From contig MU058714.1 of the NCBI GenBank assembly GCA_013265495.1, positions 744,001 to 808,000 of the forward strand: 64,000 nucleotides of DNA. The letters are read 5' to 3'. Made by a program: the position numbers and the translations under genes. Positions 12,201 through 24,200 of the stretch are shown piece after piece. A model generated the notes under the pieces. The model did not search any database and was not told the DNA's origin. It worked only from the letters and a program-made list of their open reading frames with translations. The stretch comes from Vicugna vicugna (taxonomy: Eukaryota). Numbering within the stretch: position 1 is the stretch's first letter; each line of letters begins with the position of its first letter.

Positions 12201-15200
12201 AAGGTTGTGTCCCAAAGATCGTTCTTTCAGAAATGCAGAGCTGAAGGATAGAACAACATAAGCTGTGACGTTCTGTGAATTGTGCTGTGGCCTTGAGTAA
12301 TAAAAATCACCTTTGAAGACCGGTTTTTAAAGTTGTTATAAAACCTGCTCAGAGCAAAAGCGAACAAAACCTGCAGAGAATAGACGGAAAGGTGTAAACT
12401 GCTCCCCTCCCGGCCTCCACGGCCACCCCCGGTGTGAGCCTGCGGCCTCACTGCTCTCTGTGAAATTAGACTCAGAGACACTTTCTGCTGACGCCAGTGG
12501 AGCTGCGGGTCTGTGTCAAATAGCTAATGAGAAAACTGGCAAAGTGCAGGGTTTGGGGAACGTGCTTGGAGCTTCGAGTCCGTGTCGCCTTTTGGTTTGG
12601 CCAGAGAGGAGGGACTTCGTGTCCCCTCTTACCCTCACCAGCCAACGTGTCCTGTTCTTCCCGCAGCATGTCCCAACGGCCACGCCTGTGCTGTGGGGGA
12701 GGTGAGTGTGGGGATTTGGGGGCAGGATCTTCGCGGGGCTTCAAGATGTGTGTTCCTCTGGGTCTGAGGAGACGGGGCTGTGGAACAGGAATGTATGGAG
12801 GGTCTGGACCTTTTGGGGAGAACCTCAGACTCATCTTGAAGGCCGTTCTAGGTATTTCAACTATACATTCAAGTGGCGCCAAGGGTTTCCAGCCAGGGTC
12901 TCTCAAGCTCAGCACCGTGGACATAATGCCTTCTTGAGGGGCTGGCCTGGGTGTCGTTGCGGGTTTAGAGGCCTTCCTGGCCTCAACTCACCAGATGGCC
13001 ATAGCACCTGCTCTCTTCCCCAGTACGACAAACGAAACCATCTCCAGACATTGCCCAAGGTCCCCTGGGAGGCAAAACTGCTGCAGGACAGGAGCCCCTG
13101 CCGGCCCTCCTTCCTGGCCACTGCAGCTCAGGGTCAGGGACACAGGGCTTCCCGAGGTGACAGAGTGCTGGCTAGACCGTAGGTTGGATTCCTCACCCCT
13201 AGAGAAGATAGGGTCCAGACACCGAAGGCTAGGAAAGCAAGACACCTGGCTTGTTCACATCTGAATCCCAGAGCCTCTGGCCAGGGCCCGTGTAGCGTGG
13301 TCCATTCGCGCTCAGAACAGGCTGAGTGAAAACACATGAATGTTATTTACTACAGTAATTAAGAGGCGTGGGGGACAAACCTGGCGTGTGCCCACCCTCT
13401 GTGCTCCACCCTCTGAGCACCACTCTCTTCCTTGTCCATGAGACGGGAGTGAGACAGATTCTTCCCAAGACCTCTCCCTGGACCTGAAACTCTGTGGTCC
13501 GGAAACTGAGACGGGTTTGGTCAGTGATAGACCGTAATTCAGTGTATATAGTAGCGCACAATTTGATTTTTTGAAAAATGGAAATTTGGAAGCAGTAAGT
13601 CGTATGATTACATTTTTTAAGTAAAACAAAGTCCAAGTGGTATTAAGGAAAGCAGTTGGAAGCCTCCGTAGTGTTCCTGGTGGTCAACAGTGAGGCACGG
13701 AGCCAGGTGTGACGGGCAGGGAACGGAAGACCACGCTGAATGTGGGGAAGGGGGACTGAGCTTTATATACTTGTAATGTGTCTATTTGGGAATTAAACTG
13801 TCTTTTCCATTTAAAAAAAAAATTCTGAAATTGCCCACATACAGCGCAGTGGGCGCGGAGCGCCCGCGCTGCCTCCCAGGCTCCTGCGGCCCCGCTTGGC
13901 GTGGCAGGCACTAGCTGGGGGGCGGCGTGCCTGCGCGGAGGTGCCTGCCAGGCTGAGCGGGGCCGTCTGTGTCCGTCCTAGTGCGGCTTGCCGATGGAGC
14001 AGAGCTTCTGTGTCGACTGCGGCGTTCTCATCGGAGGGAAAAATCACACAGCGCAGGCTGGATTTCACAAGATCCAGTATGTAAAATTCCATTCCTTTCT
14101 GGGTCTTCAAACCCTGGGCTTTGGGGCTGTTTCTTGTCCAGCTGAGGATTCAGCACCGAGGACAGCACCGGGGACCGCACGTCTGGACCTGAGTCCTGTG
14201 GGATGTCGGCGTCGGGGTCCCTGCCGTCACCCGGGAACGAGCAGGTTGTGATCTGCCGTTGGCTAGCTGGGCTGTTGATGCAGAGCAGACCACACATTAA
14301 TACTTATTAATGTTAATACGTACGTGAATTCCAGTGTCTTCCGTTTGAACCTGGGGCACGACCCCTGTAGAAATATGCTTGAGGTGGGAGCTCAGCGGCA
14401 GAGCGCATGCTGCATGCACGAGGTCCTGGGTTCAGTCCCCAGCACCTCCATAATAAATAAAGAAACCTAATTTGCCCCCTGCAATTAAAAAGTAAAAAAA
14501 TAAAAACATTTAAAAAGAGAAATATGCTCAACACAAACAGGTGATCAGATTCAGACGGATATTTAAGTCTGTCCCTTGTAAACGCTTAGCTTCCTGTTTT
14601 TAAGAGGAGATACAGTCAGCCTTATCAGGGACTTCAGAATCCAGCTAAAACTCAGCTCATAACTCCACACTTGCTCGTGAGCCGAGTGTGGCTACAGCAG
14701 CTCCGTGAAGTGTGGGAGGCAGGGCCTCTCTATGGTCCTCCCATCTTCTGGCTATTTCGAGGATGTCGCAGTTTGAAACATTCTAACCTGTTACCTCCAT
14801 AAACTGTTACAGTGTTCCGGGATCTCCACTATCTTTGCAGCTGAGCGTGCTGTGCTGTCGCACTGCACCTCCCATCTGGGTGTGACACCAAATCCCCTGC
14901 TGGAGCTTGGGTCCCAGGGTTTGATTTGGGACAGTGCGAGCGGTGTGCGCAGCCCCCACGTTGGTGTCCACTGTCCCCAACCCTGGCTGACCTCCGCCTG
15001 CCTGCTCCTCTCCCCACGCTGACTCTGGAAGAAACAGGTCCAGGAGCAGCACAAACAGCCAGGACTTTTAAGCTTTCATATTATTTTATTTATTTTTTGT
15101 TACAGTAGAGATGAGGTACAGTATTACGTAAGTTTAGGTGTACAGCAAAGTGACGCACAGGTTTAATGCTTATTCTCCACTTCATTACTGTAAAACATTG

Positions 15201-18200
15201 GCTGTGCTCCCTGTGCTGGACAGTGTGTCCTTGTGGCTTATTTTATACATAATAGTTGGCGCCTCTTAACCCCCTGCCCCCGTATTGCCCCCTCCCCACT
15301 GGTCACCAGCAGTTTCACAAACAGGCACTTTACACAGAGGATGTTATGGGCTTTGGGTCAGCCCAAAAGGTCAGTCAGTAAGGAAAAAGAACGTAGAGAA
15401 CAAACTTACGGCTACTCGGCGGGAAAGGGGTGGGAGAGGATGAACCGGGAGTCTGAGATTTGCAGCACTGACGACTTTATATAAAACAGACAACGACAGG
15501 TTTACACTGCAGAGCACAGGAGCAATATTAGTGTCTTGTCGAGACCCATGATGAGAGAGAATGTGAAAACAAGTACTCGTGTGTGTGTGTGTGACTGAAA
15601 CACGGCGCTGTGCCCCGGAAACCGACACAGCGCTGTGACTGACTGTCCTTCAACAGCAAGAAAGGAAAGGGCTCTTAGGAAAGCGGTCTGGGCTTAGTCG
15701 AGTAAGTAACTTTTGGCATCGTTTCCTTCAAAAGTGTAAGCCCGGTCCCAGGTCCTAAGAATCCGAAGTGTGCCCCTTGAGCAGAGGGGCAGTGGCCATC
15801 CTCAGCCTTCACCCTGTCTTCTCTCGTCCTTTCCAGAGACAACAGGGACAGGACTCAGACTGGCCACGTGCTGGGGAGCCCGCCACCCAGAGGCGTGGCC
15901 GTGGTGTCTGACCGAGCGCTGTCCCCGGTAGTCTTCCTTCTCATCCGGCTACTCATGCATTTGGCCATGCTTGTGGGAACCTCCCGCCACCCCCAGGTAC
16001 AGCATTGTGCTGCCCGACTGCGAATTTAGTTCCTACAGTAGTTTTTGCACAGTGAGTCCTTGCATTTTGAATATGTCACTGTTACCTAATCCACAGTGTA
16101 GCACAAAGTTCACGGGTCCTAAAACTTCCCACTGTGGCCTGTCTATGGTGGGGCGGGGGACCGCCCATCCCGTCATGTAAAGTCCGTTATTAATGGGCAG
16201 CTCTGGCCTCCAGTCTGCACTTGGGCGTGCAGAGGCTGAAGTACCGTCACGGCAGCCGTGTCTGTGCAGCGCACCATGTGTCCCCTTCGTTAATGAGCCG
16301 TGAGGGCACAGGGTCAGGCTTTGGAAGTTCTGTGTTTCATGCTGATGGTCCAGAAGGCAGTCGTTTTCAGACCGCCGTCACTTCCTCTCCTTCTGTCGCC
16401 TCTGCTTGTCTGAATCCTGCCGACATCCCTCGGTGAACGGCGTGTTTAGAAACTGTGCTCTGGCTCGGGACTGGTTCTTCACCCCTCCTGACTGCTCCCG
16501 CACTCACCGTCTCCTCCGCAAACAAGATCTCGCGTGACACCTTGTCGCCTCGCCCCACAGGCTCTGAGGAACATCATCAAGCCTCCGGTGGAGGATCCCG
16601 CGGAGTTTCTGCAGCAGCATATCCAGCGGGACCTGGAGCAGCTCATAAAGACGCTGGGAAAGAGCGCGGACGACACCACCAGTGTGGTGCACCTGGTCCT
16701 GTGCAGCCTCCTCAGGGAGCCGCACCAGGGTGAGGACACGCGGCGCGGGCGGTGCTGGGTGCAGGTGGCGGGCGGCGCGGGGCGCAGCTGCAGGGAAAGC
16801 AGAGATGGGGGGAGCAGCAAGACGCGCACCTGCCGGCGGGCGGTGGGGGACGGCCCACCTTTCCATTCTCCCGCTGCTGGGTTTGCTCCCCGTGTTAAAT
16901 GCGCATGTGCTGGGGAGGCTTTGCAGTTTTAGAAGTCAGCCTTGGACGCAGCTCACCCACCGTCTGGGGAGCGCGCAGCGCCCAGCACAGGCGCGTGTGT
17001 TAGAGAAACGCTGCCACCAAAGCCCCTGATGTTTGACCGTTGCTTGGAGCTTGTTCTCTTCCACGCCTGTCCCACTGGAAGTTGGGGGAGGGGCGGCGCA
17101 GCATCTACTTTTCCTAAAAAAGCCCTGCGGGCTGGGCCGACTTCGTATGTTTACACGTCCACAGTCTGTCACATGGAAAAGGGGGCTACCCACGATTACG
17201 TCCCCTGGACTCATTTTTCTGTTCTAAAATTTTAAATTCATGCAGAAAGAGAAGGTCTGTAAGGCAAGTTAGTAGGTTTATTTCTTTTTTTCAGGTTTTA
17301 AAAAAAAATTGGGGGGGAGGTAATTAAGTTTATTATTTTATTTTTTTGACAGACAAACTGGGGATTGAACCCAGGACCTCATGTTTGCTAAGCACGTGCC
17401 TTACAGTGGGGCTATACTCTCCCCACAGGAGGTTTATTTCTCAGTGGCAGAATTTAAAACAGCTTTATCTTCTTTTTGCTTATCTGCAAAAATCTTTTAA
17501 AATTTCCTCTGTAATGACAATGTCATTTAAAATAATAGCAGCGATAAAGCGTCCTGCCCCGTGACAAGGAAACCCATCCCTGTGTCAGGTGTTTCTCTGC
17601 CAGAAGCCAACATCAGTGTATACTTCCTATTTAGCAAAACCTGGCTGTATTTCAAGCCTCTCATTCTGGTGTGGTTTCAGCTACGTAAGCACACTCCATA
17701 CCCTGCCGACAAGGTGTCCGGGTTCTAGAAGCAGGCTGACCATTTCCACGGGCTTCCGCGGGGCCCCACCTCTGTCCGCGAGCCGGGGGCAGTGGCTGAG
17801 ACGGTCGCCAACAGCCCGGCTTCTGTATTTTGCCCCTGGGCTGCTTCTGATTTAAAGTAATGTCCTTCTAGTAATTTTGTTCAGGACCGTAAGATGACAG
17901 CTACGCGGGTTAGAGCTCTTAGAGTTCAAAGCACCTTCACAAAGGGTGACGCTCAGGTCGACGCAGGAAGGTACAGCCACCCTCCCCCACAAATAGGAGC
18001 ATCGTTTCAGTTCACGCTGTATTCACTGTGCGTGTAGACTGCTGTTTTTTTCCCTCCTTGAGTAACCCACACATTTTCCTTCGTAGGACATTTAAATTTT
18101 GATGCAATATTGTCAACCAAAGAAAGGAGGAACTGCTGGGAGAAGGCAGCCGAGGCCGTCATTCTGCCTGAACTGGAGGTGAGAGCTGCATGGTTATGGC

Positions 18201-21200
18201 CTCGGGCTGCTTCGTCTGGGACCGTGCGGGCGGCGTCCCGGGCCTCTGCCGGGTGCTTGGGCCACTGCCCCTTCTGGAGACGTCCCTTAGTGCGGCCGTC
18301 CGCTGGGCCACAGATTTAGGTCTTCTCTGCCTGGCCACCCCACCCTCCTGTTGACCCCCCGTCCTCTCCCCTTGTGGGGCTGGTCAGGGTGGCAGGCTGA
18401 AGAATTACTGGGAATCCAGAGAGTCTGGGCAGTATTTACAGCAGGACGTGAGAGCAGGGGGCAGAGACGTAACGTCTCTGTCAGAGGAGACGTTACTGAG
18501 GGCGAGGAAGCCCGTCAGAAGGCAGAAGTCAGCGAGGAAACGGTGGTGATGAAATGTCGGTCTCTGGGACTCATTCTGTCTGGGGAGACAAACACATACA
18601 GGAACATGTACATTATAACAAACGATAGCAAACATGAATGTTTGATCACGGGGCTCCCGAATCCACCCCCTGCTGAGGGTACGCAGTGCCCCGCCTGTTT
18701 GCTGTAGCTTCTCACGTCCAGAGCCCACGTCGCTTTCCTCCCCAGCGTCTGGACCAGACCCTCTTGGCAGTGAACACGCGCATCAGCCGAGACGAGCGCA
18801 TCAGTTCCAACCCTGTGGCCAAGATCGTGTACGGTGACCCGGCGGCCTTCCTGCCCCACCTGCCCCAGAGCGCGGTTCACTGCTCTAGGATGTGGAGCTG
18901 CCGGAGTAGGGTCACCGTCGAGTACCTGCAGCACGTCGTGGAGCAGAAGAACGGCAAGGAGACAGTGCCTGTCCTCTGGAGGTTCCTGCAAAAGGTGAGG
19001 CTGCTTCGCCGAGACCGCCACCCACATGTCCCCGTGGGCCTGAAGGACCCACTCTTGCTCAGTCTCACCAGTCCTGGGGATGGGGCAGCCAGCAGACTGC
19101 TGCATCCGATTGTGGAACGGCGTGTCTGTGGCAGACGACTCGGGTAGAGCAGAGATCTCCAAGCACATCAGTCCATACGAGCCTCCAACGAAACGCACAC
19201 TTGAGCTGGGATTAGCGGGAATCCGGAAAGAATCCAAGGGCCAGGAGGGCGTCCCCTAGTCACTCCGCAGGGAAGGACAGGCTGGAACGCTTTCCTGGCT
19301 CTGTCTGTTCATCCTCATCCCCGAAGTGCCTGGAGCGGCCAGTCACCAAGGAGTGTCTGTTCAGTGAAAGAACAGTTCACTGTCTGTTCAGACAGACAGA
19401 CAGAGGGTCTTCCCTGCTTCTGAGCCACTCGGAGCGCTCGTGGCGGTGAGACTGAAGGCAGGGAGGAGTGCGGTGTGCGTCGCATCCTTTAGAACCGGAA
19501 TTCCACGTGGTTCCTGACATTAATCTGGTCCAGCTTCTCTTTCCTACAGTAGGTTTTCTAATCATTTCCCCCACGGGCCAGTGTTTGCAGTCTAGCCAGA
19601 AGTAAGATGATTCAGAAATTCCTGTGGGTCAGCGAAGGGAAATGAATTCGCGGTAGGGAGGCCGTTGGGTCAGTCCTGTGACCTCTCACCGACGCGCACA
19701 GAACTGTACCGAGCCCTGCCAGCCGCGCGGCCTCCTGCTCCGAGCAGCCGCTCCATCCCCACCCGCCGCCGGGCCCCAGGGGCTGCTTTCTTTCATCAGC
19801 TCTTGGCAGACACATCTGTTGTGTCAGCCCCGCGGTTCACTCCCCAAGCCCCAGCGTGCAGAACGCGGGCCAGCACGCTGCGCGCGGTTGCTGGGCACTT
19901 GTTGGAAGAACCGTGTGGCCTTTTCCCCCTTCTCGAGTTCCACCACGTGTCCCCACGTAAAACGGCACGTTGACCAGAGTGAAGTACGAACACACGTGCT
20001 GAGCCAGCCCCGGAGTCTGCTTCCCCAGCATCGCTTTCTGGGTAAACTATGAAGCGTTCCTCGTGGTCTCCCCTTTTCTAGGAAGCAGAACTGAGACTGG
20101 TGAAGTTCCTGCCTGAGATTCTGGCCCTGCAGAGGAACCTAGTGAAACGGTTCCAGAACGTTTCCGAGGTTGAATTCAAGTCCATCAGAAGCTTCGTTAG
20201 CAGCCACAGCTCAGGTAGGACTCTGACGGGGTCAGGGCGGTACGTGTCGTGGTTCCAGCGTGAGGGCTCTGGTTCAGGGCTGGTGGGCGCCCTGTACCCC
20301 AAGCTTGTAGCACTAAATCAAACCTGTGAGTCCCCGGGACACATTAGAAGACTTTGCTGCAGCTGACACGCTCTCTCTGGCTCCTCAAAGTCAGCTTTAG
20401 TTGAAACTGCGTTTAGAACCTGTCAGTGATGCTGGGGAAGTGCAGGGTGGAGGTCCTTCTAAGGAGCGGGTTGCTCCCTTGGTGTCACCCCAGGGCTGGT
20501 GTTACCCTGGGGCCGGTGTCACCCTGGGGCTGGTGTTACCGTGAGGTCGGTGTCACCCCGGGGCCGGTGTCATCCCAGGGTCGGTGTCACCCCAGGGCCG
20601 GTGTCATCCCGGGGTCGGTGTCACCCCTGGGCCGGTGTTACTGTGGGGCCGGTGTCACCCCAGGGCCAGTGTTATCCCGGGGTGGGTGTTACCCCGGAGC
20701 CAGTGTTACTAGGGGGCCCTCACCATGCGTCTTGTCTGACAGATGGGCTGAGGGAGTTATTGCTGAAGAGAATCACTGCCTTTCTGTCGACATGGAACAA
20801 ACTGAGGAGATCGCTGGAGACCAACGGTAAGTGTCAGCCCCCCCGCCCCCAGCATTCCGGGGCAGCCCGTCCGCAGCCTCTCCTGTCCGGCCAGCTCTGC
20901 CTGTCCCGCGACTGCCGCTGCCTGGCCGTGTGCGTGTAGCCCCAACCCTGCAGACTCCTGGCGCAGGTGTCTGGGATGAGCGAAGTATCGGGGAAAGCAC
21001 ACCCTCAGTCTCCCTGAATCTACAAATCAGAAAGGAGCTGAGAACATTTGAAACTCGCCCACATGTACAAGAGACGGGGTGGGGCGGCTCAGAGCACCCC
21101 AGTTCCAGCCCTGCTCTGTGGGGGTGGCTCCCCCCCGAGGCGGGGCAGCAGCAGCCGGAGACGCGTGTCTGTCTGCAGGTGAGATCAAGCTCCCTAAGGA

Positions 21201-24200
21201 CTACTGCGCGTCTGACCTGGACCTGGACGCGGACTTCGAAGTCGTTCTGCCACGTCGCCGGGGCCGGGGCCTCTGTGCCACCGCCTTGGTCAGCTACTTG
21301 ATTAACCTGCACAACGAAATGGTCTACGCGATGGAGAAGTTCTCCAAGGAAGACAGCAGGTGGGTGCGCAGGCCCGTGGTGGGGGCCCTGTCCGCCCAGG
21401 AAGTCGTTCCGAGGCAGCACAAGCGGGGAAGCAGGGTCCCCAGGCCCGGGGGCAGCGAGCCGGGCTTCAGGTCCCCCTGGACAGATGCCCTCGGCCACGT
21501 TCACGAGCGTCACGGGTTCGCGTATCCCTTCACCCGAGCAGCCGGCAGCAGCGTCACACGGGGGCTGGCTCCATGTCGCTGGGCCACACGCACCTGACTA
21601 GGGGCTGAGTGCTGTCTGTCTGTCTGTCTGTCTGTTCCAGCTACTCTGTCGATGCCTCCGAGGTCACCGACCTGCACGTCATCAGCTACGACGTGGAGCA
21701 GGACCTGACCCCGCTGATCCTCTCCAACTGCCAGTACCACGTGCAGGAGGGTGGGGAGACCTTGCAGGAGTTCGACCTGGAGAAGATCCAGCGCCAGGTC
21801 ACCAGCCGCTTCCTCCAGGGCAAGCCCCGGCTGACCCTCAGGGTGAGGCTGAACCGCTGCTGTTTGTGTGGTCGGTGCGTCTGTTTGCAGGTTTCCCCGA
21901 GGGTGGCTTTGATCACAGCGGTTTCAGAGTGAGGAGGGACCACCTGGACCCTTGGTCCACAGCCCCGATGCCGTCTGGGCTGACAGCCCCAGGGCTGTCT
22001 CTACCCCTGGACCCACCCCCAGTACCCGAAGGGTGTTTGCGTGTCTGATGGGCTCGGCGTCCGATTCTCTGCCACGGTTAATGGCACCGCCAACCACCCA
22101 CGAGAAACTGCATTATTTTCCCCCTTCCCTGTAGTCTCCACACATGCCCTGTCGTCCACACCGTCAGGCGCCCCGTTTAACTCCCAGGGCCCCCTGCTCA
22201 AGTTCCAAGCAACTGTCCTGAAGTTGCGCCACCGCGGTGGCTCCCACCCGGCCCCGCCTCCAAATCTCTGACATCCAGACCTGCTGCCCATCACCCTGTC
22301 GGACCCCCCGATGCGCAGCCCACTGCTCGTGGAAAAAGCCTACACTTTGTCTGGCACAGAAGGCCCTGTGGCCTGTCCCGGCCCTGCCTCTAGCCACCTC
22401 CCCATAGTGAATCCCGCGGCCTCTCACACGGGGTCACCCGAACGCACCACGCAGGGCCACATGTGTTCTTTACCTGGGCCGCACTGGCTCCTCCCAGGCC
22501 CAGTCCCGGGCTGGTCCGTGGGTGTGCTTCTGCGCCTTCCCTGCCCACAGTGAGGCTGTGAACTGCTGGAGCCCAAGGCTGGTGTGGACACACTCTGCTT
22601 CCCCTGTTGTCAGCAGGGTGCCCCTTGGTCCTGCTCTGTGCTCAGCGCACCAGTGGGACATCCTCACTTCCTGTTCCCCCGGCAGGCCGCGGGCGACAGT
22701 ATTCCGCGTGACTACCTGCTGGGCCACGGAGGCCAGGCTGTGTTCCTCATGCCATCGTTTCCACAGATTGTGGGTTAGACACAGACCACAAGTCACGTGG
22801 GGACAGAGCGGCCTGCTTTGCCTGGTGATGCACCGAGTAGCTGGGACTGCAGTTGAGTCTCTGCTCAGGCATGTGTTTGTCATCAGGTGGACACCTCCAG
22901 TGTGGGCTCCGTCCAGAGATGTTTCTTTCTCATTCCAGGGAATACCCACGCTGGTGTGCAGACGGGACTGGAACTACGAACACCTCTTTGTGGACATCCA
23001 GAACAAGATCCCGCAGGTGATGGCGATCAGCCTTGTCAGCGCGCACGCATGTGTCTCAGAGTGTGCGGGCTGTGCCACCCTCCCTCTAGCCGTTTGCCGA
23101 GAACACCAAAGAGTTTCAGGGCCTCCTATGTTCCCCGAGCCCAGCACACCTTCCAAAGGGCAGGCTGGCACAAGTGTTCTCGTGGAGGATAAACACATGG
23201 GAACCTTGCGGTGGCAGCTATTTAGCGACGGTGTCATGGCTGTCACGCTGGTGCAGAACGTCCAGCACCTGTTCCTGCGTTTCTGGTTTGCCGGCATTGG
23301 ACGTGTGTGGGGGGTGTTGAGGTGTGATGTGTCTGTGTGTCGGCGTGGTTGTCCTCACAGCTTGTTCATTTTTTAATTGAAGTGTAGTCAGTTACAGTGT
23401 GTCAGTTTCTGCACAATGTCCAGTCGTGCATGTACGTACATGCATTCGTTTTCACCTTCTTTTTCATTAAAGGTTAGACAGGATATCGATTAAAGTTTCC
23501 TGTGCTATATAGAAGTTTATTTTTTATCTATTTTTGTATATAGTGGTTATGATTTGCAAAGCTCAAACTCCCAGATTTATCCCTTCCTGCCCCCTTTCCC
23601 CCTCACACCTTGTCCTGAGGATTCAGTGAGTTCACATCTATTTCTGTAAAACACCTGGACACTGTTGACCTTAGCAAGCACGCTGTGTTGATGGCTGTTG
23701 TTCCGAGAGCCAGACCCAACCCATGGCTTTGGCCGGCAGCAGGTGAGGGCTCTTATCAGGCAGTGGTGTGCGAGGGGCCCCAACCTTGGATCCCTGTCCT
23801 GCCTTCGACTTCCTAGGACCCCCTCCCCAACACCGTCCTCAGCAACATCCGAGGACAGCTGCAGTCCTACAGCGATGCCTGTGAGGCTCTGTCTGCCATA
23901 GAAGTCGCGCTGGGCTTCGTGAGCACGGCCGGCGGGGACCCTGACATGCACTTGAACGTGTATTTCCAAGACATGCTGCGGATGGGTGATCAGACCTCGC
24001 TGGTTTCCAAGGTGGGTCTCCTGCCCGGGAAGGAGACACTCCCCACTTCCTGCTGGGAATACCACCACCCAGGGAGCACCAATCTAGGCAGCCCCCCGAA
24101 AAGGAGGGGAGGCGAGGACACCCCTCCCCCAGCCAGTCGGCTGTGTAAACAAAACACACAGGCGGGAAGGGAGCAGTGTGCTCGGAACGTGAGGGTCTAG

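Noticed and set aside
14294..14313. 9-bp AT-rich inverted repeat ACATTAATA-CT-TATTAATGT
   Set aside because: Short and low complexity; plausible by chance
20481..20718. Regularly spaced repeats superficially like a CRISPR array
   Set aside because: Head-to-tail 17-mers without unique spacers in a mammalian intron, and no cas genes
22522..23376. 284-aa ORF on the + strand
   Set aside because: Only 22939-23016 is a real RNF213 exon; the rest is open intronic frame with no recognisable domain
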